Below are positions 1-12,210 of a stretch of 64,000 nucleotides of DNA, piece after piece; within the stretch, counting starts at the first letter, position 1, and the number at the start of each line of letters is the position of its first letter. Position numbers and translations under genes: made by a program. The stretch covers positions 25,978,001-26,042,000 of the forward strand of contig NC_043009.1 in NCBI RefSeq assembly GCF_006345805.1, in the 5' to 3' direction. The DNA comes from Octopus sinensis. Taxonomy: Eukaryota. The notes beneath the pieces were generated by a model, which saw nothing but the letters and a program-made list of their open reading frames with translations, was not told where the DNA came from and made no database searches.

Positions 1-372
1 ACAATACCTGTTGTCATAGGTGCCCTGGGAATGATAGCAAAAGGGGCTGATAGCTACCTAACTCAGATACCAGGAAACCCAAAAATGGCAGAAGTTCAAA
101 ATATAGTGCTCATGGGAACTGCTCATATCCTACGCAAAATACTCTCTATGTAACCTCAAGGTTTAAAACAACCTTAATTTTCGGTTTAAAAAAAAAAAAA
201 AAAAAAACTTTTTTTTTTTTTTAGACATTCATTAGTACAACATCCCCACCCCCAAATATATGGCACACTAGGCATAACAACAACATGAACTTCCAACCCT
301 GTTGTCTCTTGAGGTCTCTGGGTGAGACTTGGAGCCAACTTGTACAAATATAAAGCAAAAGTCAAACATAGA
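1..372 (+). mobile_element. 3' end of RLE-type non-LTR retrotransposon (R4/Dong-like), 5'-truncated by window edge
   Basis: Frame 1..150 reads TIPVVIGALGMIAKGADSYLTQIPGNPKMAEVQNIVLMGTAHILRKILSM*, the C-terminus typical of RLE LINEs. The 3' UTR is shared with 1276-1560 and 1671-2130 and ends in (TAA)n. Confidence 0.8.
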
Positions 373-401
373 ATAATAATAATAATAATAATGATGATAT
401 A

Positions 402-572
402 GGCGTAGGAGTGGCTGTGTGATAGTTAGCTTGCTTATGAACCACATGGTTCCGGGTTCAGTTCCACTGCGTGGCACCTTGGGCAAGTGTCTTCTACTAT
501 AGCCTCGAGCCGACCAAAGCCTTGTGAGTGGATTTGGTAGACGGAAACTGAAAGAAGCCCTTCGTATATATG

Positions 573-612
<40 letters not shown>

Positions 613-638
613 GTGTGTGTGTGTGTGTGTGTTGTGTG

Positions 639-671
<33 letters not shown>

Positions 672-858
672 TTGTGTGTCTGTGTTTGTCCCCTCACAAC
701 ATCGCTTGACAACCGATGTGTGTGTTTACGTCCCCGTGAATTAGCGGTTCGATAGAATAAGTACTAGACTTACAAAGAATAAGTCCTGCGTCGATTTGCT
801 CGACTAAAGGCGGTGCTCCAGCATGGCCAGAGTCAAATGACTGAAATAAGTAAAAGAG
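402..858 (+). mobile_element. tRNA-derived SINE family A (internal AT/GT microsatellite)
   Basis: Head gtggctgtgtg...ggttccgggttcagt (A/B-box-like), a ccttgggcaagtgtctt motif, internal (TA)n(TG)n, and tail gctccagcatggcc...gtaaaagag. Many copies occur in the window. Confidence 0.85.
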
Positions 859-870
859 AATAATAATAAT

Positions 871-1003
871 AATCCTTTCTAGTAACAGCACAAGGCCTGA
901 AATTTTTTCGGGAGGGGAGTGGTCGATACATCGACTCCAGTATTTAACTGGTACTTATTCTATCGATTTCAGAAAGGATGAAAGATTCTGCCAGTTCGCC
1001 GCC
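871..1003 (-). mobile_element. SINE family B, internally deleted copy
   Basis: Reverse complement gives head ggcggcgaactggcagaat joined directly to ctttcatcctttctg...ataagtaccagtt and a tail ending tagaaaggattatta. Confidence 0.75.
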
Positions 1004-1006
1004 TTA

Positions 1007-1045
<39 letters not shown>

Positions 1046-1213
1046 CTGATGATGATGATGATGATGATGATGATGAGGATGAAGATAATGATGATGATGA
1101 TGATGATGATAATGATGATGATGATGACGACGACGATGATGACGATGACGATGATGATGACGATGATGATGATGATGATGATGATGGTGAAGATGATGGT
1201 GATGATGATGATT

Positions 1214-1244
<31 letters not shown>

Positions 1245-1275
1245 GGGTAATAATAATAATAATAATAATAATAAT
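1004..1275. repeat. (GAT/GAC/TAA)n trinucleotide microsatellite
   Basis: Read directly; source of the poly-M and poly-I ORFs. Confidence 0.95.
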
Positions 1276-1560
1276 GGGCTGATTGTTACCTAACTCAGAT
1301 ACCAAGAAACAACAAAATGGTAGAAATTCAAAAGATAGGGCTCATGGGAACTGCCCATATCCTATGTAAAATACTGTCTTTGTAATCTCAAATTTTAAAA
1401 CAAACTCATAATTTTCTTATGGTTTCTTAAACATTCTCTAGAACAATACTATGTACAAAACCAAATATATGACACCCTAGGCATAACACCAAAATGTCTC
1501 TTGGGGTCTCTGGGTGAGACTTGGATCCAACTTGTACAAATACAAAGCAAATGTCAAACA
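1276..1560 (+). mobile_element. R4/Dong-like LINE 3' end, second copy (diverged)
   Basis: Aligns with 1-372 (gggctgattgttacctaactcagatacc ... gagacttggatccaacttgtac) and is flanked by (TAA)n on both sides. Confidence 0.8.
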
Positions 1561-2172
<612 letters not shown>

Positions 2173-2196
2173 TAATAATAATAATAATAATAATAA

Positions 2197-2350
2197 TGGT
2201 TTCAGATTTTGCCACAAGGGCAGCCATTTTGGGGGAAGGGATGAGTCGAATACATCGACCTCAGTATTCAACTGGTACTTATTTTATCAATCCCGAAAGG
2301 ATGAAAGGTAACGTCGACCTCGGCGGAATTTGAACTCAGAATGTAGCAAC
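2197..2350 (-). mobile_element. SINE family B fragment (B-box, Meta-like domain, tail C)
   Basis: Reverse complement: ttctgagttcaaattccgccgaggtcgac...tttcatcctttcggg...ataagtaccagtt...gtggcaaaatctgaaacca, then (tta)n. Confidence 0.8.
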
Positions 2351-2439
2351 GTGCGAAATACAAGAAGAAGAAGAAGAAGAAGAAGAAGAAGAAGAAGAAG
2401 AAGAAGAAGAAGAAGAAGAAGAAGAAGAAGAAGAAGAAG

Positions 2440-2471
<32 letters not shown>

Positions 2472-3467
2472 GAAGAAGAAGGAGAGGAGGAGGAGGAATT
2501 GAGATTAACTATAACAATAACGTATAGTATTTATAATTGAGAATGGTTTCAATCTATTTCTTGCGCTAAACCAAGGTTAATAAGCGTGTTACACTAATTT
2601 TGATTCGCTTACCAAATTACCAACAACGTTTTCCATTTCAATAATTAAGACACTGCGTTGCTTGGTGATAATTATGGCTTTTATCGGAAGAGTTCTTTTA
2701 CATGCGCCATTATCTACACGTTTTCCTTTAAAATCGTTCATCGATCGCAGCCCAAACACTGCTCCAATCGTCATTGCAGTTTCCTTTCATTTCGATCGCT
2801 TCATTGTTTCTATCTAACTTTCAGTCGTTATCGTTTTACGTTTTCATTGACGCATTGTCGTCATTTCCATTGTATTTAATACTTTGGAGCCATAGTTTCG
2901 AAGGTAAACACGAGAAACAAAAGTCTATTTAAGTCAAATAATACGAAGTAAACACAAAGCCCAACGTAACCCGGCTTTAAAGTTCGGTTCACGCTGCTTC
3001 CGTAAACTCAGCTAAAAGTATGTATCAGTGGTATCTAGAGGGCCATTTTAAGTATGGGACGTTTTGGCTTCGCCTATTTGCCGTCGCTGATTCGACGCTG
3101 ACTTATCTGACATCAGATGTTTTAATGTTTTTCTCATTCTCTCTCCATCTATCTTTCTTTATCTCGCTTCCTTCTCTGTCTGTCTGTCTGTACGTGCATA
3201 TAGAGTTGCGCAGCTTAGCGGTTAGGCTGTTGCGCTCATGATCATAAAATTGTAAGATTGTGGTTTCACTTTCGGGACCGAGCGATACTCAGTGTTCTTG
3301 GGCAAAACATTTCCTTTCAAGAATCTGGCAAAAATGCGTAATCCTGAGACAGACCATCGTTCCGTCCAAGGAGGGCAAGTGTTGAATATAACGCTGCAGA
3401 ATCTAGGAAACCGACACTACGAGCCTATATCTCAGGGATGGCAGCTCACTTTTAAAATAACATTTAA

Positions 3468-3677
3468 TGCGACGAACTGGCAGAATCGTAAGAATCGGTA
3501 AAAAATGCTTAGCAGCAATTCGTCAGTTTTCCCGTTCTGAGTTCAAATTCTGCCGAGGTCGACTTTGCCATTCATCCTTTCGAGGTCGATAAATTAAGTA
3601 CCTGTCAAGTACTGGCTCGATGTATTCAACTTACCCACTCCCCGCAAATTTCGGGCCTTGTACCTATAGTAGAAAGG

Positions 3678-3680
<3 letters not shown>
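3468..3680 (+). mobile_element. SINE family B, full length, tail B
   Basis: gcgacgaactggcagaatcgt...gagttcaaattctgccgaggtcgactttgccattcatcctttcgaggtcgataaattaagtacc...gtagaaaggattattatta. Confidence 0.85.
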
Positions 3681-3746
<66 letters not shown>

Positions 3747-4231
3747 GTCATTCTCATCATCGTCATCATCATCATCATTATTCGTGATGAAAGCTTCTTG
3801 CATTTTGCTCGTTCATTTCAATTTTTTTCTTTTATTTTTATCATACTTTTGCAAATTGCTTCCTCTACGAAATGGTAAGTATTATGGCGATGTGCGAAGA
3901 ATATTAAGTATATCCTTCTTCTCTTCTGTCTCCATCTACTTCCGCGCCATTAAAGAAAAGGCAGCAAAGAGAAGTTCGAGATGCACACACCGCCACTCAC
4001 CTAAAAAAAAAATTGTTAAGACAATAGCTTTAACATGAGAAAATACTACTTCAGTGGATATTGGGAGAAATGGGAAATAATAATAATTATATTATTTCAG
4101 TATTGAGAATTATAATTTTATAACTGCTGTGGAACTGGAGTAAATGAACTTTTTCTGTTTTCACACAAGTGCATAGACAGTCATGAGCATATGCATAGAC
4201 ATACACAAGCAAACATATACACATATATACA

Positions 4232-4262
<31 letters not shown>

Positions 4263-4378
4263 ATGTGTGTGTGTGCGTGCGTGTGTGCGTGTGAGTGTGT
4301 GTGTGTATGTGTGTGTTGATACACACACACAGGCATATACACTAGCATACACAGACGCAGAAACATACACACACACAC

Positions 4379-4413
<35 letters not shown>

Positions 4414-4434
4414 CATGCGTGTGCGTGCGCGCGC

Positions 4435-4475
<41 letters not shown>

Positions 4476-5109
4476 TACATATATAACTATATACATATAT
4501 GTATATATATATATATGTATATATGTATGTATATGTATATATATATGTATATATATGTATATATATACATATATATATATGTATACATGTATATATACAT
4601 ATATATATATGTATATGTATATATATACATATATATATGTATATATATGTATATACATGTATAAATGTATACATATATATATATACATATGTATACATAC
4701 ACACATATATATGTATTTATATATGTATATATATATACACATATATATATATATATATATATATGTATATGTATATATACATATATACATAAATATAGAT
4801 ACATATTTTTTTATAACATTATATATATATTTACCCTCACATATAGAGATAATAAAAAGCAATTTTTGTAAATGTTAAGTAGTTTTCCTTCAAGTTGTAA
4901 TGGGTATCAAAAGAAATTATATAAGTGTATGAGTTCAGGTGTGGTTATGAGTGAATATGCGTTTCTGATGATTTTAAATTCCGTTTATATGGCGCTGTTT
5001 GTAGTTGTATGACTGTGTGGTCTTCATACAAGCATAATACATACATACTTTTATGTATGTATTATGCTTGTATGAAGATGTATTTGCATGGATATATATT
5101 TATGCACGT

Positions 5110-5154
<45 letters not shown>

Positions 5155-5324
5155 AGAGAGAGAGAGAGAGAGAAAGAGAGTGTGTGTAGAGAAACATTTG
5201 TTGACTCAAATTTCCATTACTCTGAACTTTATGTGCATATTATATGCATGTCTAACCGTTTCGACGTTTGCTACAAATACGTTTTAGTCGCATACTTTAA
5301 AGGCAAGTTCATGTTGCTAAACTA

Positions 5325-5325
5325 G

Positions 5326-5398
<73 letters not shown>

Positions 5399-5487
5399 CA
5401 TATATGTCTGTCTGTATGTCTGTCTGTCTGTCTATCTGTCTTTCTGTCTGTTTGTCTATCTATCTATCTGTCGGTCTGTTTATCTTT

Positions 5488-5576
<89 letters not shown>

Positions 5577-5630
5577 GATAGATAGATAGATAGATAGATA
5601 GATTGACAAACAGACAGATAGACAGATATG
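5325..5630. repeat. (ATCT/GTCT)n followed by inverted (AGAT/AGAC)n tetranucleotide array
   Basis: Read directly. Confidence 0.9.
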
Positions 5631-5639
5631 CAGACATGG

Positions 5640-6400
5640 TTACAAGTGTAATTGCTTGAGTGGACGTTACATCTGCTACAAATACATTTGCTTCTTTATC
5701 TGCATGGGCTTATTGGCACTTATGACTGCCATACTCTTATGCTTATCTGTGCACCGCTAATAATTACAGGTACTAATCAAAAGTTATAAACCAGATAGAT
5801 TATTTGCAGATTCCGCATTAGTTCAGCATAGATTGTATTCTTTCTCATCTTTAGCGTTCCGTTAACATCCGCTGGACCTCGTCTAATGACTCCCTGCACG
5901 GGACACTCTTTCATTCCTCCAATCCAGATTATTATACCCTGTCCCTTATGCTTAAATCCTTTCATTTTACCTTAAAACACTGTAAATTGCGATCCCTTTA
6001 CCCCCGGGACTGTCTTTCATATGAATTTGTATCGTACAATAGTTTATCTATGGCATTCTGTGTTATAGACAGAAAAAAACCGTGATGACATTTTCAGGCA
6101 GCTGCCTATTACGCAGGTCTCTGCTTCAGAGTCAGCATCCGTTGTTGCATCTAAGTATTTACTTTCATTTCTATCCCTAACAAGCATCTAGTATTTCTTG
6201 CTAATTCTTGTCCGAACATTCTAATATACTCCATGTTACATCATGCATCGTCCCCTTCTTTTTAAGCCTCCTAGATATTGTTTTAAAGGAGATTTATCTT
6301 ATTTCTCTAGTTAACCGATCAACCACGCTGATGTTCCTTCTTTAGCTCTTTTATTCCATGTTTATGGTGTTTTCTGACCTTTTAAAGTACACCTCACAAA
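5640..6400 (-). pseudogene. Decayed RLE LINE 3' region (zinc knuckle remnant plus endonuclease)
   Basis: Minus-strand pieces VIGSCLKMSSR and GPADVNGTLKMRKNTIYAELMRNLQIIYLVYNF*LVPVIISG parallel the peptide at 44591-44914 (ENTYAELLRNLPLLYPDYKFRFIPVIIG). Many stops and frameshifts. Confidence 0.6.
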
Positions 6401-7321
6401 CACTTTATGATTCGATGGCTTCTCAACTGCCTTTCGAGAAGTCTTTATTTTATTGTTTTCTACTCTATTTTATTTTATTCTATCTTGTATTTTATTTTAT
6501 TCTATAGTAAAAAAAATAATAAAAAGCATATCTCAAAACCAAGAAATGTTTCTTTCTTTATTTTCTCGAGAGGGAAGCGGTACGTCATTTAGAAATAGTC
6601 TTTAAAAAATAAAAAAAAGTCATTTTCAGAGGCGCCATCTACCTGAAATATGTCCCGAGAGTTGTCTCTCACATAAAAAAAATAATAAATATATTTAGTA
6701 CTCTTATTTGACTAATATCGATTTAGTTTTTTTTTTTAATATTGCACGTCCTTAATGTGATAACAATAACTTACCTACTAGTTTTGTTAGTGTTCTAAGG
6801 ATTGCTGTTGATGATGATGATGATGATGATGATGATGAGGGTGGTGGTGGTGGTGGTGATGATGATAATGATGATGAAATTCTTGTAATTGCCGTTAAGT
6901 ATGGTCTTATTGAAGAAATCTATAGAGAGCAAATAGTCGCAGAGTCTAAACTTATGTTCGGCTTATTTCTTGTCTCTATCTTGATGAGAATTACCTATTG
7001 TTCTTTGCAAACGTAGCGTCTCGGAAATATTCAATCAACTAATAATTCTATTTTCTTACACCAGTAACGGTACATTCTGCTATGGCTTTTATGTTCAATA
7101 ATAAATGTACAATAAACACACAATTTTGGATTTATTATTTAATGCCTTGGCAAGTACAGTGACAGCTCAGCAACAATACTACACTGAGGGTATTAGAATA
7201 ACCAAAATCCTGTTCGAAATTGTCTCCCTTTTTTCTTGTAATATTCAAATAATATTTGTCATCAACAAACATCTTTTATATTTCTACATTTATTGATTTA
7301 CTTCGAGGTTTTTGGCTACTC

Positions 7322-7603
7322 CAAATATTCTTTTCTACTCTAGGTACAAGGCCCAAAATTTTGGGGGATTAGATCGACCCCAGTACGCAACAGATAATAA
7401 TGATTTCAAATTTTGGCAAAAGGCCAGACATTTCAGAGGTGGGGGAGTCACTTACATCGACCCCAGTACACAACTGGTACTTGTCTTATCGATCCCGAAA
7501 GGCAAAGTCGACTTCGGCGGAATTTGAACTCAGAACATAAAGACTGAGGAAACACCGCTAAGCATTTCGCTCGGCATGCTGACGTTTCTACCAGCTTGTC
7601 GCC
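7322..7603 (-). mobile_element. SINE family B with two stacked tails
   Basis: Head at the right end (aggcgacaagctggtagaaacgtcagc on the minus strand), Meta-like core, then a tail C segment followed by a tail B segment. Confidence 0.75.
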
Positions 7604-7672
7604 TTATTATACATAGTATACAAGGCCTAGGATCTAGATATTATAGATATTAGCACTAACTTAATCATAGTG

Positions 7673-8345
7673 GAGGCACATGGCCTGCGAGATAAGGATG
7701 TAGGAATCTCTATCATAAGGTCATGCGTTCGATTCTTAAACGACATTTTCCGTCATTGAGCAAAGCGCTTCATTTTACGCTACACCAGTCAACACAGCCG
7801 TAAATGAGAACCAGGAGGCGCAATGGCCCAGTGGTTAGGGCAGCGGACTCGCGGTCATAGGATCGCGGTTTCGATTCCCAGACCGGACGTTGTGAGTGTT
7901 TATTGAGCGAAAACACCTAAAGCTCCACGAGGCTCCGGCAGGGGATGGTGGTGATCCCTGCTGTACTCTTTCACCACAACTTTCTCTCACTCTTACTTCC
8001 TGTTTCTGTTGTACCTGTATTTCAAAGGGCCGGCCTTGTCACTCTCTGTGTCACGCTGAATATCCCCGAGAACTACGTTAAGGGTACACGTGTTTGTGGA
8101 GTGCTCAGCCACTTACACGTTAATTTCACGTAACCGACGGAGTGCTTCCTCAAATGAGAACCAGCTTAGTGCATGTACAGTATTTTCTTCCTCCAGCTGT
8201 CGCATCTAATGTGTTCCATTGGGTCAAAGGAGGGGATACCCAGAGAGGGAGTGCGTCTCCTAACAACAACATAAGCACCTGGAAGCTATTTACGAGAGCG
8301 TCGTACAGGCCACCAAGACATTACTCGCTTACGAGTGGCGGCTAA
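7673..8345 (+). mobile_element. Old tRNA-SINE (family D) interrupted by a family C SINE
   Basis: Head ggaggcacatggcc...gcgttcgattc, then ttgagcaaagcgcttcattttacg. Sequence resumes after the duplicated aaatgagaaccag. The right boundary is a guess. Confidence 0.5.
7815..8151 (+). mobile_element. tRNA-derived SINE family C with 13-bp TSD
   Basis: ggcgcaatggcccagtggttagggcagcggactcgcggtcataggatcgcggtttcgattcc is a tRNA-like head. The TSD aaatgagaaccag is at 7802-7814 and 8152-8164. A second copy is at 61850-62275. Confidence 0.85.
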
Positions 8346-9429
8346 ACGTTTACCAATTGAATGCATTGTTGTTGCTGTTGTTATTTCATGTGTAAACCAA
8401 CGCAGAATTATGAAAGCTCTAAACAATTCTATGTTTCTCTCAGTGCTTGCTTTTATTCATATTATAGAATACAACAGGCGTCGCAATGCTACACATTGCT
8501 ATAGAAATTCTCTAAATAAATTTTTATACTCATTAGGAATACATAGCGAGTTGTACGACAATAGCTACAAATAATAGTCAGAAAACATATATATACACAC
8601 GCATACATGCATAAATATATAATGATGCATAAATATATACATACGTGCTTACATTTATATATATATATATATTGCGTTACTGTGGAATATTTTATAGAAA
8701 TTGAAGGCCCTACTACTGAAAGTGCCGTCACGTTGATTTTTATTTGACTTAAGTACTTTTAGAACTAGGAACTGCAATTCTGGATGTTAATGGGAATTCT
8801 TAGATGTGTTGGAGTGGCATATAATATATTAAAGTGGTTTCATGTTTATAAGCAACGAAAATACAATTGCATAGTTTCACTTTTCTTTATTGTAAAAACC
8901 AGGCAGGCTTTGCAAATGTTATAGATTCCCGAAATAAATGTATGCGCGAATGTGTGTGTTTTGTGGGGGGGGTGTATGTGTGCGCGAGCGAACGTTACGA
9001 CTATGCATCCCATCACATCTCTTTTTCTTTATTCATTCTCTCTCTCTCTCTCTCTCTCACTTTCCCTTTCTCTAATATGCACACACACACATACACACAC
9101 ACACACACATGTTCAGACACATATGTACACACATGCACACACACGCTTTGTGATAAGCCAAAATATACAAGTTACGCTAGGACCTGGGTCCGAAGCAGAA
9201 GACAAGTTAAAGTCACGTGCTCGCATCATCCATTGAATAATAGAGTATAAATGCACAATCAAACCATAACGGAGTAACAAAAGACAATATGTGTGTGTGC
9301 GTGTGCGTGTGCGTGAGTGTATATATTTATATATATATATATACAAATACGTACATGTTTACATACCTACATACATATATACACACAGACGCACGCACAC
9401 ATGTACACACAAACACACATATATTTTTT

Positions 9430-9605
9430 TCCTCTGTCTTCCCATCTCTGGATCTTTCCTTCTCCTATGTTTCAGACGAAGAGCTCCGCTCGAAACGTTA
9501 AACCCTCCTTCTTCCCTTCCTTCCTGAGCGTCCAATAATACTATATTTGTTCCATGTCCTCCCGTTGTTGTGTTTTCTCTTTGTGTTTTCATGTTTGGAT
9601 TAACT
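9430..9605 (+). mobile_element. Orphan Penelope-like 3' tail (pLTR) with hammerhead-like motif
   Basis: Related to 14095-14310; contains cagacga-agagctccgctc-gaaacgtt and ends in (TA)n. Confidence 0.6.
9469..9503 (+). ncRNA. Candidate minimal type I hammerhead ribozyme (U4A core variant)
   Basis: GTTT-CAGACGA-A-GAGC(TCC)GCTC-GAAA-CG-TT-AAAC: stem I of 4 bp, stem II of 4 bp, palindromic ACGT stem III. Confidence 0.5.
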
Positions 9606-9606
9606 T

Positions 9607-9644
<38 letters not shown>

Positions 9645-9735
9645 GTAAGGAAAAATTTTTTTTTAAATGCAGAATGCTCAAATGAAAGAAAATTTTAATA
9701 AAATGAGAAATTGATAAAATATATAAATATATATT

Positions 9736-9776
9736 TATTCAACCGGTTTTCGTCATTGTATGACTTGTCAAGAATA
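9736..9776 (-). ncRNA. Candidate minimal hammerhead (U3-A8 variant) in PLE 3' region
   Basis: Reverse complement TATTC-TTGACAA-GTCAT(ACA)ATGAC-GAAA-ACCGG-TT-GAATA: 5-bp stem I, 5-bp stem II, palindrome AACCGGTT. Confidence 0.55.
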
Positions 9777-10354
9777 TTTATGTTTTAAGAAGTTTTTTTA
9801 AAAATTAGAAAGGGGAAAAAAAGAAAATTGCATTGTTTTTTGTAAAAGAATAATGATAAAAATGTACAAAAATTAAAAAATAAGTTCTCCGATACATTGT
9901 GAGTTCGTTGTGTATCTTGAGTTTTATGGTTGTTTACGAAAAAATTACCTTGAGGTGTTAAGATCCAAAGGGATTAAGAGCATGTGTTGTGTTGTGTTGT
10001 TAAATTCAGCATGTTTGCAGGACAGGAAGTAGTAGTTTTTGTGGTCCTGGTTCTTCAGTTCCTGTGTTGTGAGTAAGGGGAGACAACTCTTTTGAGTTCT
10101 TCAATAAAACCCAAATTATAAAACTATCATTTTAGCTTCATTTGCATTATCTTTTTTATATAATTGCTTGTTAACTTAACTTTCAGATTTTAACACTTTA
10201 TTTATATTATTTTCTAATAATATAAATCTGCATAGACAATTGCATTTCAAATTGTCATATCATTTATAATAAAAATGATAGTAATAACAACAATAGTAAA
10301 AATGATATTTAAAGAATATAAGTTTTAGCTTGAAGTGATGAATGCATGGTATCT

Positions 10355-11856
10355 TTATATATTTGTGTTAGTCCATCCATGAAGAGTGAGGTAGAGAAAG
10401 GAAGTTTGATCAACGAGGAGTTTGCATATTAAGTTGTGTTTGGAATTTTTCAATAAAGAGATTCTCCTTGTTAATTCCCTCCTGTGTGGTGATCCCGTCT
10501 TTACATGGTAGAAGGGGAATATATAGAATTTGGGGTTTAAGTCTTTAGCACATGAGTCTAAGTGGTCACTCAGTGGAATTTGTCGGTATTCCGGGAGATT
10601 TATTTGTTCTTTATGCACCGTTACTCGTTTACGTAACGGGAGACTCGTTTGTCCAACATAATTATGTTGGCAACCAGCGCATGTGAGAACGTAGATAAGG
10701 TTCTCGGAGGAACAGGAGAAGTTAGTCTTGATTTTAAACTTCGTACCTTGTTTGAAGGTAAATTCAGAGCCTTCAAGTAGAAAGGGGCAGGTACCACAGT
10801 TTGAGCGTGCACATTTTTTTACTGTTGGGGGTGGATGTGGTGTGTGAAGTTTGGCATTTGTCAAGAGTTTTTTTAAAGATTTGTGTTGCCTTTTGCATTT
10901 GAGGATTTTGTGTGTATTTATAATGTTTTTCATTTTTGGGTCTGTTGACAGTAGACTGAGGTTTTGTATGATTGCGGTGTATGCTTCGATATTTTTGGGG
11001 TTGTGGGTGGAAATGTATGGAAGTATTTTGAGGTTGTGTGTGGTGTTAGGTTGGGTGGTTTTCAGTGTAGTGTTGTCTAGTTCTTTGGCGCGTTTTATTC
11101 CATACTCTATAAGGGTGGAGGGATATTGACGTTGTAATAGTGTTTTTTTGAGGTCTTGAAGGCGTATTTCTCGTGTTTTTGGATCCGAGACAATGGTGCA
11201 TACCCTTTTAGCTAAATTGAAAGGGATATTTGTCTTGGTGTGTTTTGGGTGGCATGAACTAAAGAGGAGGTATTGTTGTGAGTCTGTAGGTTTGTGGTAG
11301 ATGTCTGTTATGATTTGGTTCTTAGGTGTTTTTATAATTAGGAGATCAAGGAATGGGAGATGATGTTTGCTTAATTCCATAGTGAATTGGATGTTGGGAT
11401 GTATGTTGTTTAGTATGGTTTTGAATTCCAGGAGTTTTTCATAAGGTTCTTTCCATATGATGAAACAATCATCTAAATACCTTTTCCAGTTTTCCATTAG
11501 GTAGGTGTGGAAAACATGTCCAAATTTCTGGCTTGATATTTCATAGAGTGACAGTTCGAAGTAACCCATTATGAGGTTCGCAAGGACTGGTGCAGCCTTG
11601 GTACCCATCGCAATGCCACATTTTTGACGGTAGTGTGTGTCGTCGAAGAGAAAAAATTGTTTGTCAGAATGAACTTAAGAGATTCTGTAATAAAAGACTT
11701 GTTAATGCGGTCAGGGAATGTCTCTGGGTGTTTTTCTAGCCAGAAGTCAATTGCCTCTATACCATACTCATGTGGAATGTTGGTGTAGAGGTTGATGACA
11801 TCAAAGGATACCAGGAGTGCCTCCTCGTTAACTGTTTTCGGGAGGTGTTTGAGCAT
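10355..11856 (-). pseudogene. PLE reverse transcriptase/GIY-YIG ORF, frameshifted
   Basis: ORFs 11569-11856 and 10355-11608 join if one T is restored in the T-run near 11650. A second shift near 10470 restores KENLFIEKFQTQLN. Confidence 0.9.
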
Positions 11857-12064
11857 GTCAGATCATCCCTAATGAAACTTTTGATGTGGGTAAGGAAAGG
11901 TTAACCTCTACACCAACATTCCACATGAGTATGGTATAGAGGCAATTGACTTCTGGCTAGAAAAACACCCAGAGACATTCCCTGACCGCATTAACGAGTC
12001 TTTTATTACAGAATCTCTTAAGTTCATTCTGACAAACAATTTTTTTCTCTTCGACGACACACAC
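11633..12064. repeat. Inverted duplication at PLE 5' truncation (arms 11633-11793 and 11903-12064)
   Basis: The arms are reverse complements apart from one substitution and one T; the spacer is 109 bp. Confidence 0.92.
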
Positions 12065-12112
12065 ACTCACACACACACACGCACACACACTCACATACAC
12101 ACACACACACAA

Positions 12113-12209
<97 letters not shown>

Positions 12210-12210
<1 letters not shown>

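Larger units (their letters stand above)
9645..11902 (-). mobile_element. Penelope-like element, 5'-truncated (RT plus C-terminal GIY-YIG)
   Basis: LVSFDVINLYTNIP, AMGTKAAPVLANLIMG, WKRYLDDCFIIW, LPFLDLLI, YHKPTDSQQYL, C..C linker, IYVLTC..C...YVGQT...LRKR..H. The 3' limit is inferred from the hammerhead motif and (TA)n. Confidence 0.92.

Noticed and set aside
7815-7885. tRNA gene
   Set aside because: The tRNA-like head lacks a 3' acceptor arm and continues into a SINE body that is repeated at 61850.
8190-8345. Exon-like open frame after cttcctccag
   Set aside because: It follows the TSD and most likely is the 3' body of the interrupted SINE.
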